NCBI RefSeq assembly: GCF_000315625.1
Contig: NW_005434629.1
Location: 332,409 to 396,408 of the forward strand
DNA: 64,000 bases
Source of the DNA: Guillardia theta CCMP2712
Lineage: Eukaryota; Protista; Cryptophyta
Direction of reading: 5' to 3'
The position numbers and the translations under genes are program-made. This document shows positions 47,230 through 64,000 of this stretch, in pieces (position 1 is the first letter of the stretch; the number at the start of each line of letters is the position of its first letter). The notes beneath the pieces were generated by a model. It was not told the DNA's origin, searched no databases, and worked only from the letters and a program-made list of their open reading frames with translations.

Positions 47230-49479
47230 ATGGCGGGTGAAGACACCAAGTACAAGAAGGCTGTTGCCACAGCTGCCTTTGAAAAGATGTCAAAACGTCA
47301 GCAACGCGCTCTGTTCGCTGCTGCAGGTTTGAAAGCGGGAGCAAACGTTTCCCTCGCGTATGCCATTGACAAGTTTAGAAGGGACAAGATCCGAGAGATT
47401 GTTTTTTATTTGTTTTTTCTCGTCATCTTCACCACGAGTGCTTTGATACAGAGAAATGTTACAGACTCTCATTACTACATGCAAACAGTCAAAGACGCGA
47501 TTTTGAATGAGAATTTTCCCGATGTCACTTGGTTTAAAACTTTTAATGATGTTGCCATCGATGCAGATTTCTGGGATTACATGACAACGGTTATTCCTCA
47601 GTATCTATACAAAGACAAATGGTACAACGGTCAACAGTACACTTCTGCAGAGATGAACTATGTTCTACATGTCAATAGATTAGTGCAAGCTCCACGAATA
47701 CGACAACTGCGTGTGAATTCGCAAATCTGTCCGGTTCCTCCTCGACTTGCAAATGTGATCAAGACTTGCTATCCGGCTTTCAGTACATCAGCAGAAAATC
47801 GAACAAGCATTCCCGGATGGCCCCCTGGAACTTTAGTCACGTACAAGACTGCAAGCCAACTTGCAACGAGCGAGTATCGGAATGGACTTCTTCCTTACAC
47901 CGGCGGCGGGTTTGCAATAGACCTTCCTCTGTACTTTAACAAAACTCAAGCTCTCGATTTTTTCAATTACTTGAAGAGTGTGAAGTGGAGCGATCTTCAT
48001 ACAAGGGCAATCTTCTTCACCTTCGCCTTGTACAACCCGGTCAACGGTCTCTACCTCTCCGTGCTCCTTCTCTTTGAATTCCTGCCGTTCGGAGAAGTTC
48101 GCCCTTCCTCTCAGTTCCGTGTCATTAGGATGGGTCTGAGCACTGCCAACGACTACGCCACAGTTCTGCTCGATGCCATGGTTTATCTCATGGTGTTTTC
48201 CTACATCCTGCAGGACGTGAGGAAGATAGCAGCCATGGGGAGGGTATACTGGACTCACTTCTGGCACTGGTTCAACTGGGTCAACTACACCATCTTCATG
48301 GTGTCGCTCTACTTCAAGATCAGCTTCTACATGGCGAGCTTGAGGTACGTCAGCGGTAACGGAAATTCCGACATGCAGACCGCAACCATGGACTTCGAAG
48401 CTATCGGGTGGACCTACTATCAGATGGTTAACTTCCAGGCCTTCAACAACATCTTCGTGTGGTTGCGCGCCTTCACCTATATCAAATACTTGACGACGGA
48501 TATCGCCAACCTGTCCTACACTCTCACCAATGCAGCTAAAGATTGCGGTCTGTTTCTCCTGATCTTTGCCATGGTGATATTTGCCTATGCCCAAGCATTC
48601 CACATTGCTTTTGGAACAGATATAGGGACTTACCAAACTCTCTTGGAATCAATTTTCGGCCTGTTCAAAACGTTGTTGGGAGATTTCAACTTCAACGCAA
48701 TCAAGTCCAGCAATGCGTACCTGGGGCCCCTACTCTTTATCACATTTGAGGTCGTGTGCTATTTCATATTCTTGAACATGTTCTTGGCAATCCTCAACAA
48801 GTCATATTCTGATGTGATAGACAAGGGTGTAGATGATCCTATGACTGTAGAGTTTCGAAATACGCTAGCAGCAAACTTTAGGAGATTCATTGACAGACTC
48901 AACTTGTGGAAATCCGAGGATGGTTCCCGCAATCAGCAGGAAGATGGAGACGAAGATGAAGAGGAAGTGAAGAAAATTGAGAAGAAGAAGACAGCGCTGG
49001 ATGGTGAAGCACTGGGAATGATGTTGAACACCATACAAGAGTTATCAACAACCGTTCGAGGCATCAATGAGAAGATCGAGAACGTGAGCAAAGTACAATC
49101 TTTGAGTGGAGCTGGCAGGTTGCAGGTGCTCAATAGAGCCTCAGTTGCGGGCTCCCTCGACAACCGAGACCTTGATGGAAGCAACTCTCAGAACTCTCCG
49201 ATCAGTCCTACTGACAAGCAACTGTCTGCAGTTCAACCGGATATCAATCGAAATGGTCAGAAAGTGAGGTCGACCTCCAAACTGCACGATGACAACCTTA
49301 CTGAAGAACTTCTGGAATCGGATGCAGCTGGTGCAGACAACAGAACAATCCAAGAGAAACAAACTGAAAGCGCGCAAGGAAATGTTTCAGGCATCAAGCA
49401 ATACAAGAGGCCAACTCTCCCAACTTTAGAAAGCAAGACAAGGCCAGATGATGAAGAAGACGCGACACCAAGGCTATGA
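47230..49479 (+). CDS. PKD2: Polycystin-2 (TRPP) family cation channel, intronless, 749 aa
   Basis: TM1, then TOP domain (FWDYM, NRLVQAPRIRQLRV..C..CYP, YTGGGF, WSDLHTRAIF..YN..FEFLPFG), then TM2-6 with pore LLGDFNF, LGPLLFITF..FIFLNMFLAILNKSY, and a C-terminal coiled coil. Confidence 0.92.
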   Translation: MAGEDTKYKKAVATAAFEKMSKRQQRALFAAAGLKAGANVSLAYAIDKFRRDKIREIVFYLFFLVIFTTSALIQRNVTDSHYYMQTVKDAILNENFPDVTWFKTFNDVAIDADFWDYMTTVIPQYLYKDKWYNGQQYTSAEMNYVLHVNRLVQAPRIRQLRVNSQICPVPPRLANVIKTCYPAFSTSAENRTSIPGWPPGTLVTYKTASQLATSEYRNGLLPYTGGGFAIDLPLYFNKTQALDFFNYLKSVKWSDLHTRAIFFTFALYNPVNGLYLSVLLLFEFLPFGEVRPSSQFRVIRMGLSTANDYATVLLDAMVYLMVFSYILQDVRKIAAMGRVYWTHFWHWFNWVNYTIFMVSLYFKISFYMASLRYVSGNGNSDMQTATMDFEAIGWTYYQMVNFQAFNNIFVWLRAFTYIKYLTTDIANLSYTLTNAAKDCGLFLLIFAMVIFAYAQAFHIAFGTDIGTYQTLLESIFGLFKTLLGDFNFNAIKSSNAYLGPLLFITFEVVCYFIFLNMFLAILNKSYSDVIDKGVDDPMTVEFRNTLAANFRRFIDRLNLWKSEDGSRNQQEDGDEDEEEVKKIEKKKTALDGEALGMMLNTIQELSTTVRGINEKIENVSKVQSLSGAGRLQVLNRASVAGSLDNRDLDGSNSQNSPISPTDKQLSAVQPDINRNGQKVRSTSKLHDDNLTEELLESDAAGADNRTIQEKQTESAQGNVSGIKQYKRPTLPTLESKTRPDDEEDATPRL

Positions 49480-49572
49480 TGGGAGTATGAAACACGGCAA
49501 GAATGACAGTTATCATCGAAGGATGTAGGAGACGTACGATATTTACAGATTACTTACAAAAGAATAAACTTC

Positions 49573-50712
49573 CTAGTATGGAAAGTAAGGAATGGATAGG
49601 TGAGAAGGCTTTTCAGAGGAAGCATCATACAGCGAACACTCGTGGTGCCCTGCATTCCTGACGCGAACTATCAATCTTCCGTTAACAAAACTTTTCAAAC
49701 TTGTGTCCTCTGAGGAGAACTCTGCGATCCACTGATAATGTTCCCCATGTGCAGAGCTGATTGCCTGAGCTGCTAGCGTGAGAACTTTGTCTATGAGCCC
49801 TCTGCCGTCGAAATCAAACAAAACCTCTACGACTACTGCGGTTTGAATATCAGCAGTCAACCTCAACCCTACCACCAAGGATCGAGACTTGACGTTGCGA
49901 ACAGCTGTAAGACTTTCAGACGCTAGCTCAATGGTCTGATTGGAGCGAATTGAAATCCTCCTCTCCGTTCCCCCGTCCTCACAAACCCGAAAACCATTCT
50001 GAGAGAAGAATCCTTCATTGGTGATCCCATCCTTGTTTGGCTTGATTCCGAGGAAGAAGAAGTTGAGAGGAGGCGGATTGAGGTATACAAAGCAGTGGAA
50101 CCAGCAAGTCTGGTACGGATATGCTTCATGTATCTTCGTCTCATGGTAGGACGACAAGGCCCACTCGAGATGATGTTTGAGGACTTCGTCTGTGAGGTTG
50201 GGCCCCACTTGAAGGTTATGCGGTCCCCCAGGCATGATTCCCGAGCAATCATGGTTGGCTCCCCAACTGGAGCACAACCATTCGAGAATGCGCATCTGAC
50301 TCGTGCTATTCGTGTGCCGGGCGACAAGGCATTGAACATCGGCTGTGAGCCACGAGCTCCTACCATTTGCCTCCTCACTCGCCGCTCGCATTCTAAGAGC
50401 GGATTGAGTCCGTTCATACTCCCAAGCTAGCTCTTCTTCGACGCTTCTCCAGCTCTCCTCCAGATGTCGATCCCTCCCCTCATCTCTCAAGACCTCTGCA
50501 GCCGCGACGTCATTGCCAGGGGGCGCAGGGCGTTCAACGGCGACTCCTGGTCTGTTGATCATCTTGGCGAGCTGAGAGTTAAGGTGCTGCTCCATGTCGA
50601 CGAGGAAGGGAGGAGAGCCATCGCTACCCTGCCTCCTCTCATCTGCTGTGGTGAAGGCGGCAACCATCATCATCCACATCAACAGCCTTCCCGCCCATCG
50701 TCTCCCCTCCAT
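49573..50712 (-). CDS. Hypothetical secreted protein, intronless
   Basis: Long ORF with signal-like MEGRRWAGRLLMWMMMVAAFTTA; no recognised domain. Confidence 0.6.
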   Translation of the reverse strand: MEGRRWAGRLLMWMMMVAAFTTADERRQGSDGSPPFLVDMEQHLNSQLAKMINRPGVAVERPAPPGNDVAAAEVLRDEGRDRHLEESWRSVEEELAWEYERTQSALRMRAASEEANGRSSWLTADVQCLVARHTNSTSQMRILEWLCSSWGANHDCSGIMPGGPHNLQVGPNLTDEVLKHHLEWALSSYHETKIHEAYPYQTCWFHCFVYLNPPPLNFFFLGIKPNKDGITNEGFFSQNGFRVCEDGGTERRISIRSNQTIELASESLTAVRNVKSRSLVVGLRLTADIQTAVVVEVLFDFDGRGLIDKVLTLAAQAISSAHGEHYQWIAEFSSEDTSLKSFVNGRLIVRVRNAGHHECSLYDASSEKPSHLSIPYFPY

Positions 50713-50888
50713 GGCGCGGCGGCTTTCCGATTCTAATCGCTCACTGATCAGGGACCCCCTCTCGCTCCTGCTTGCACGGGGGTGGGCCTGGGGTGCCACC
50801 GTACTACGGTAGGGTTACTGCCACAAGGTTCCGAGTCTCTGGTGGCTGTCGGTCCGGCCCTACGGCCCGTTTGGGTCACCCGTGACCC

Positions 50889-51827
50889 TCACCTGGTGAC
50901 CGGCCGCAGAGCACCACCCGGGGGTTTTACCTCTACGATGTTATGCAGTGCTGCGGAGATGCCAGTGCGTTTCTTGAACAACTTCTGAATGTCTTCAGCT
51001 GTCATACGTCGATGAACCCTGCCTCCAGTGTCCCTCCTGGAGCCCTCGGCTATAATAGTACGGAAAGGTTTGGAATTAACTAGATAACTGGCTCCAGCAT
51101 TTCCCACCGAAGAGCACAATGTGCTATGGTATAGGGTGCTATCCTCCATATTGATGGTAAACTTATCCTTTTTGTGTTGTTTGCCCCTCTTGACGATGAC
51201 TGTGTACCTGAGAGAATGCAATGAGAGGGAACGTCATGAAAGCGACAAGAATGATACTCACGGGCATGTAGAGCAGGAGCAGCGCATGATATAACCGGTC
51301 ATGCCATGGAGTTTTTTGCAAGGAATACTCTTGATTTGCTTGTTGTAAACCTTCAAATTGATATGTTTAAGGAATCGTGTACATTCAAGTCGTTTGGAGA
51401 ACTGCATTCCGCGCAACGTCATGACATGGTCAGATGGAGGTTCCTTGTTGTAAGATTCTGAATCAGATGAGGACATATACTCGTCTTCACTAGTCCAAAA
51501 GCAGGAGGGCTCGTCCTTCATTGATATGGATTCGGAGTTGTGGCTTGCACAACTTTCATCTTCAGGCAAGGATCTGTCCGCTCCGTGAGGAAGCAACGGA
51601 TCTGAAGGGACATTCCCTGTGTGAGGAAGGGGAGGTGATGATAATGAAGAGGTCGGGGCATCGAAGATGAGGGTATAAAGTCGCTCGATACTCTCGATCA
51701 AGGACAATTGTTCGGGGGGTTTCATACCCAAACAACGAAATCCACGTTCAACAATGACAATGTACGACGCATTGGTAGGGAGTTCGAGCTCCAGCTCTTG
51801 CTGCAAAGCACGTAGCTTGGCACTCAT
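50889..51827 (-). mobile_element. MULE/FAR1-like WRKY-GCM1 Zn-finger DNA-binding gene with no transposase catalytic domain (remnant or domesticated)
   Basis: GMQFSKRLEC...YIMRCSCSTCP|YTVIVK...FTIN...HSTLC follows the MuDR DBD pattern. One GT-AG intron; no DDE domain follows. Confidence 0.5.
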
Positions 51828-52263
51828 GCTGAGCCTCCTGGCCTGTGTCGAGCCTTCCCCTGCTATCCGCAATCGCCCAAAATCTTTGATTTTTGTTGAT
51901 TCACCGACCTAAATCTTTAGAAAAGGCAAAACCGTAAACCTACCTTAGAATTTTTGCTGAAAATCTTTCCCCGCTTCTAAACTTTAATTGCCCGGTGAAT
52001 TGAACCTTGACAAATGGAAACCTGATTTTAAGGCTAGTAACTTCCTAACTCAAACTGATCTTTCGTTTCCGCCCCACCTCCAGACCTACATGTCCGGTTT
52101 CACTGAGCCAGTCATTGAATGCGGCGGGCCCCACCTTCCGGCGGAACTGGACGGGCCTGGTACGGTAACCGTAAACCGCCGGGGCCAGCCCGGTTATTTG
52201 ACAAGGGACATAACGGTTCTACTGCTTTGAGATCCGATCAACGGAAATTCAGCCTGTGCGGCC

Positions 52264-58639
<6,376 letters not shown>

Positions 58640-58851
58640 AGGAGGGAGACGGAGATTGAGGCTCGAGGGACGAGAAGAGGAGGGGAGGAGACGCAAGGAA
58701 GGTGAGAGGAGGGAGGAAAAGCAAGGACATGTAATTTATACAAATGAATGAATGAATAACATATTTCAGGATGATAGCAGGGTCGTCTTCTGCAAAACTT
58801 CCTGTCAGAATTCGCTCCTCCGCGTCCCCTTACTCCCTCCCCCGCTCCTCC

Positions 58852-61490
58852 TCACCCGGTCAAATTTGGGATCCTGCCGATGATAAGACGCCAAGCGCTG
58901 GATCGAAACTTTTTCCACATCGACAGGAAGATGCTGAGAGCTCGTGAGAGGGTCGACGAAGCAACAGGGAATGAGATTGAGACACGTAGAGCGAAAGAGG
59001 AGAGGGGGGAACCGAGGAGGGGAAGGATGAAAAGAGGAGGAGGAGGAGGAGGAGGAGGGAGAGAGAAAGAGAGAGAGAAAGAGAGCGAGCGAGAGGGAGG
59101 GAGGAGGGAGGGAGGAGGGAGGAAGGAAAGGAGAGGAGGAGGAGGAGGAGCGGGGTAGAGGAGTACGACGAAAGTTTGGTCTACCTCGGCCACATTGACT
59201 AAGGTGAGCAGCCATCTGTAGATCACATCCACCACGAGGAGCGAGTAGAAGGCACACATGCTGGCCAGCACAAGCTCGATGGGCATCTTCTGGACCACCG
59301 ACACGAGCTGCGAGCTGATGAGCAGGGAGGGAAGAGCAGCAAAGAACAGGAGAGAGGAAACAGGCGTAGGGGAGGGAGGGAGGGAGGGAGGGAGGGAGGG
59401 AGGGAGGGAGGGAGGGAGGGTGAGAGGGGTCTAGATTAGGACGAACGGCAGGAGGAAGACCTGCTGTGTCTCGAGGGCAGCGAGGAGACGATTTCCATCC
59501 TCTGTGCGGAGGAAGATGAAGATGGGGAAGAGAGCGTCGAGGAAAGAGCACGCGAGGTCCCTATAGGGCTTCGGGACGTGATCCTCCACCTGCTGCTTGA
59601 GAGCAGCGACGAGGCGGCGATATGCTGCCTGAAGGAGTGGAAGTAAGGAGGATGGGAGGCAGAGCAGGGAAGGATGAGAGGTAGAAAGGGGAGGAGCGGA
59701 GGGAGAGGGAGTGAGGGAGTGGGGGAGGAGGAGGATACAATGAAAAAGCAAGGAGGGGAGAAAAAAAAGGCAAACCTGGAGTGGCGAGAGCTTGTGGAGG
59801 ATTGCAGGCATGATTTGAGAACGGGGGAGGAGAGAACGGAAGTAGGAGAGGCTCTCCTGCACAGCAAGCCATTGAGCCCAGGCTGTCGCGGTGAAGTGGA
59901 TGTGGACGGAGGAAACGGAGCAAGAAAGGAGAGACGGAGGGGATAAAGGATGGAAAGCAGTGGAACGGAGGGAGGAGAACAGGGTGAAAGGAAGGGATCG
60001 CAGCAGCAAGGGATGGAAGGAGAGCAAAGGTAAGAAGGCGCGGGGTGAAGCAGAGCTGGGTAGGGGTTGACTCACGTTCATGGCGGAGTGAGCACGTAAC
60101 AGAAGCAGAGGGGGCTTGGCGATCTGGAGTGAGGAAGGGAGACAGGGAAGTGAAAGGGCGGGAAGGAGGGAGGAGAATGAAAGAGGGTAAGGGTGAAGAA
60201 GGAGTCGACCAATCGTAGAAGAGGAGATGATGTCAGCAAGGAAATTCAAGGGGAGAAGAGAGGAGGAGGCATTTCACCTTCTCCTCCCCAGCGGCAACGG
60301 GCACATCAACCATGCGAGATAGCTGGATCGAGGTCAGCCCTGAGAAACACAGCATGGTGGGGAGAGCAGAAGGGGAGACAGGAGTGATACTTCATTCTCG
60401 CTTTGGACCGTAGCTGACTTGAGATGCATGTCCATGGACTGCGATGACACGTTTCATTCCTCATCCAAGCTCAGTTCAGCGTCAAGGCACCTCGATCTGG
60501 TCTCGCAGCTCCATAAACTGCACCCTGTCCTCTCCCTCCAGCACTTGAATCGCCTCCTTGCACAGGAGCTCGTCCTCCTCTTGGGTTTGAGCAACTCGTG
60601 GAGCATCGACCTGGAAATCGATCAGGGAGAGAGCGGAAGGAAAGGAGAGGAGGGAAAAGGGAGAGGGGAGAGAGGAGGCGACAGGTAGAGGGAGAAGCGG
60701 GAGAGGATTCAAGAAAAGGACAGGAAGGGGAGGAGGGAAAGCATCAGTGTCAGCAAGGTGAACTGTCAGGCACAGGTATAATTTACGGACAACAAAGAAC
60801 TCACCTCGATCACATTGTTCCCATTAGTCCCAACCGTGTCATCCACAATGTCATACTGGCCGGACAGCTTCCAAGTCCCGTCAATCAAGAATTTGAACTC
60901 GTGCTTCCCTGCTCGCTCCGTCAGACCCTCTCGTCCTCCAAGGAGCTTCTCATCCTTACCAGGGGGCAGATTGATGCACGTCTGCCAGCTCGTTGCACTC
61001 ATCCTCTTGAGAGTGTATAACAGCACCCACTGACCCCAGCTCCCGACCATGGCCACCTCCTCTCGCTCCTCCTCGTCCTGCCATGTGAATGTTGTGGGAA
61101 CGAGAGTGAGGCCATTGAGACGAGCCAGCAGCCTCTCCTTCAGCCCTTCATACGCGGAGCGATGCATCGGCTGCGTTCGTCCCAGCTCAAGGAACTTCTT
61201 GCTCTTGACCAGCGTTCGTTCACCCGGTCCACTGCATTGCAGCTCCATGGCAGACGTCTCCAGCGCCCCAGCAGGAGGCGCAAGGGCGCAAAGCAGCAAG
61301 CCTGGGAGGAGGAGAGGAGGAGGAGGAGAAGGAGGGAGGATGTTCGCATCTTGACGAACGTGTCTGGTTTGTCTTCTGTTCAAGTTGTCCACGAGCTAGC
61401 ACAAGAGAGCCTGTGAAGGCTTCACCTTCGACGTCTCCGTACAACACAACAGATGTCCCAACGGCAAAAAAGAGATGTCCCAACAAGATC
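58852..61490 (-). CDS. CBM48 (AMPK-beta-type glycogen/starch-binding) domain protein with a C-terminal hydrophobic segment (multi-exon, start uncertain)
   Basis: PTTFTW..EVAMVGSWGQW..LKR..WQTCINLPPG|KHEFKFLIDGTWK..GTNGNNVIEV. Confidence 0.75.
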
Positions 61491-61839
61491 GGAAATAAGA
61501 CTTCTTGACAAACACACTACAAACTAATCATGATGTAGCAAACAATCAAATGATACGTTTGCAGTAGAGAGCAAAGTTAACTACAGGAGTTCAGATTATG
61601 ACACCCTAACCCATCCATCTTCCTTGCGTGGCATGCTGCCTCATCGCCAGTTATCCCTTCACCTTCATGCTGGATCATCTTTTCCACCATCTGTTCCCTC
61701 CACTATGCTCTGTCCTCCTCGCCTCGCCTCGCCTCGCCTCGTCTCCTCTTGTCCTCGCCTTACCTCATTCCACCATGATGCTTTCAAAAATCATGATCAT
61801 AATAACGGTGCAATTATTATTGGTAGCACTAACTGTCAG

Positions 61840-62765
61840 CCCGGCGCGGCCGGGCCCCGTGGCCCCGGGCCCGGCGGGGCGGCCGCCGCGGGCCGGGTGG
61901 CACCGTTGAGGCCCGGCACTGGGCCGTGGTGGCACCGTGCCAGTTCACGCGGCAGTACGGTCACTGAGTCCCGGCAGTGCAAGCTGAAGTTCGCTGGGGC
62001 CGGGCGGTGTGGCATATTGGGGAACTTGCCGCACCGCGGCAGCCAGTGCAGTGCCAGTCCGAGGGACCCGCATCAGTGCCTCCTGGCCGCTGAGGCTCAG
62101 TTCCGTGCCTCAGGGCCGCGCCTCTACTCGGCGGCTGGTCAAGGAACGGCGATGCGTTGCGCTTTCTGTGCCACGGTGGCCGGCTGGCCGCGGATCCGAT
62201 CGGATCGCCGCCGGCGAACTTGTGACAAGGAACTTCGGAAACGGCAGCGGCGGCTGGCCCGATGGTCTCTCCGCCTCGCAAGACGTCCGATGGTCTCAGG
62301 TGATCCGACTTGCAAACGCATCCGGCCCAGGATCTTTCGTCAGCTCAAGGCCTCCCTGTCCTAGCGGCTGCCACTGACTCGGGCAGTGGTCATCGCGGGT
62401 CACCGGGTGCATCCCGGTACAGTGCGTCTCATTCCTTCGGGGGCCGGGCCACCGCCGCACATCGCTGGCATGGCCCGGCGCGGGGGACTCCGGGACTCGC
62501 TTGGAGTCCTGCGCGCCCGGTTAAGTGAAGGTATCAGTTAAGTTTGGGGGACAGCAGTCGGCAGCCTGGATTGGGTTTGGTTCTCGCTGTCTTTTCTCTC
62601 AGAGTCTCGCCGTTTGGCCTGGCAGTGTGCGACACTGTCAGGGCCCTGTCAAGCCTCCTCGACTCTCCTGATTGTCCTCGTACTGATTTTTAACTTAACT
62701 TTGAGTAAAAAGGTCTAGGGTCAAAGGCCGTGTCCGATTGTCCTCGTACGGATTATTAACTTAGA
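61840..62765 (+). repeat. GC-rich block containing interspersed repeat copy C, the most complete copy
   Basis: 62258-62712 aligns to copies A and B and ends GATTGTCCTCGTACTGATTTTTAACTTAACTTTGAGTAAAA. A partial second terminal motif lies at about 62736-62762. Confidence 0.85.
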
Positions 62766-63132
62766 GCCCGGGTGCCACGGTAAGATGTAGTCCGGACAGA
62801 TATATACACTAAGTTTTGTAGTTTTTTGAGAGATTTAATGCTTTTCACATAAACTTCTTCCGAATATGACCCCTACCCCACCACAAGACGAGTTTCGGAC
62901 CTACCCTACCATCCCACCCTACCCCCAAACGCTTACACACCCGCCTCAGAGGCCTAAGACTCAAAAACACTTAGCCAAATTTCTCAAATCTCAGTGCCAT
63001 TACTAGTGAGGTTGTTACTAGCTAACCCAGCACTGTCTCACAAGGTTTCAAGAGGATTCAACAAATCAACTTGTGTACTATGATATTACAAGTTAAGTTA
63101 TCGTCTGTCTGGCTCGAGAAGGACAAGCCCTT

Positions 63133-64000
63133 TTAAGCAATGAAGTATTCATGATCTTGACATCCTTCGAACAACCAACTCTTGTCATCTGCTTTCTTCT
63201 TTCGCATTTTCTTGACATACGTTGACCATGCTAGCTGCCCACTTCTGTCACATGATCTCCCTCCCCCTTCTCCCTGATTCAGCCACGAGATGAAATTCTC
63301 CACGTATTGATCGTATATTTTCTTTCCTTCATATATCGAAGATTCTGACCGACTATCTATGAAAGAATTCAGTTCCATCACTTGCATCTCAACATTCTCT
63401 TCTTGTGAGATTTGCCTCATACTTCTCCGGATGAACTGATGAAAGCACTTCATGAGATAAGCCATGTCTGTAAAACGTTTGCTTGATGGTCTCTCAAATT
63501 TTGATCCATTCAGTTTCTTCAAAGCAGGTATCCCTTTGGCATAGTTGCCAAAGTGATACAGCTCCCATGCACTTTTGAAGCTCTTGGCTGCTTGAGAAAT
63601 TCGAATGGTTTTCAGATTCGCCTGTTGTATTGATGTATTACGGTCAACTGACGGATCGCCATTGACACATTCTGTATCCACACTCATTGTCCCCCTGTTC
63701 ACGTCTCCGAGGTTACGCGCCTGCTCATGGTATTGAATGACATGTCGCCTTCCCTCGAGCAACTGCTTCAGCATGACTGTAATTGCGTCATGGTTGTCCG
63801 AAACATTCCGTTTCACTTCATCTAATTGCAAAATCACCTCCAGCAAACTTTGGTTGGACTGTTCGTGATGAATTGCTTGCTGGCTTTGATCCTCTGCAGT
63901 TTCACGCACTCGATCAGCAACTACCTTCATGCCATTACACATTGAAGCAATTTTGCCATCTATCTCTTTCAGTTTTCCTTCCAAACATTCCATTCGGACA
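63133..64000 (-). CDS. C-terminal part of a coiled-coil + GCR1_C-like protein, as in Crypton tyrosine-recombinase transposons (frame runs off the window)
   Basis: ISQAAKSFKSAWELYHFGNYAKGIPALKKL resembles the GCR1_C motif (S/T-V-x2-LW-x-EW-x2-G...P-x-L-x2-L). AT-rich and intronless. Confidence 0.5.
   Translation of the reverse strand, partial: VRMECLEGKLKEIDGKIASMCNGMKVVADRVRETAEDQSQQAIHHEQSNQSLLEVILQLDEVKRNVSDNHDAITVMLKQLLEGRRHVIQYHEQARNLGDVNRGTMSVDTECVNGDPSVDRNTSIQQANLKTIRISQAAKSFKSAWELYHFGNYAKGIPALKKLNGSKFERPSSKRFTDMAYLMKCFHQFIRRSMRQISQEENVEMQVMELNSFIDSRSESSIYEGKKIYDQYVENFISWLNQGEGGGRSCDRSGQLAWSTYVKKMRKKKADDKSWLFEGCQDHEYFIA

Noticed and set aside
47833-48636. 267-aa minus-strand ORF
   Set aside because: Antisense shadow of the C-rich part of PKD2.
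62860-62945. CCCTAC/CCCCAC-rich tract resembling telomeric repeats (similar at about 19885-19935)
   Set aside because: Irregular and short, not a true tandem array; at most a promoter-type motif cluster.

Overview
Gene-dense eukaryotic nuclear DNA with many short (about 45-130 nt) GT-AG introns, a few GC-AG introns, microsatellite-filled introns and one 100-N gap (8925-9024). The intron style, a bipartite plastid-targeting presequence and a flagellar gene suggest a flagellated secondary-plastid alga, probably a cryptophyte (inference). I reconstructed about 20 genes by hand, so exon boundaries are approximate. Recognisable genes: calmodulin-like EF-hand protein, DUF218-like protein, ASCC2, MORN-repeat protein, RED/IK, PKD2-type channel, CFAP92-like protein and a CBM48 protein. 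Unusual architectures: SPRY-WW-ferredoxin fusion, tandem alpha-carbonic anhydrase lacking Zn ligands, SAM plus Zn-finger repeats, PH/cNMP/EF-hand protein, Cys-rich membrane protein, and three paralogous small ORFs. Mobile-element remnants: MULE-like and Crypton/GCR1_C-like. The standout is a 10-kb receptor gene (30025-40056). About 30 kelch blades are encoded almost one per symmetric phase-1 exon, one exon-plus-donor cassette has been recently copied, and the array is joined to a single 3.7-kb exon encoding a beta-helix, Cys-rich repeats and a multipass membrane domain. Intergenic GC-rich blocks are interspersed repeats degraded by short palindromic or tandem micro-insertions, and several share a ~25-bp motif. 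I found no rRNA, tRNA or CRISPR array.
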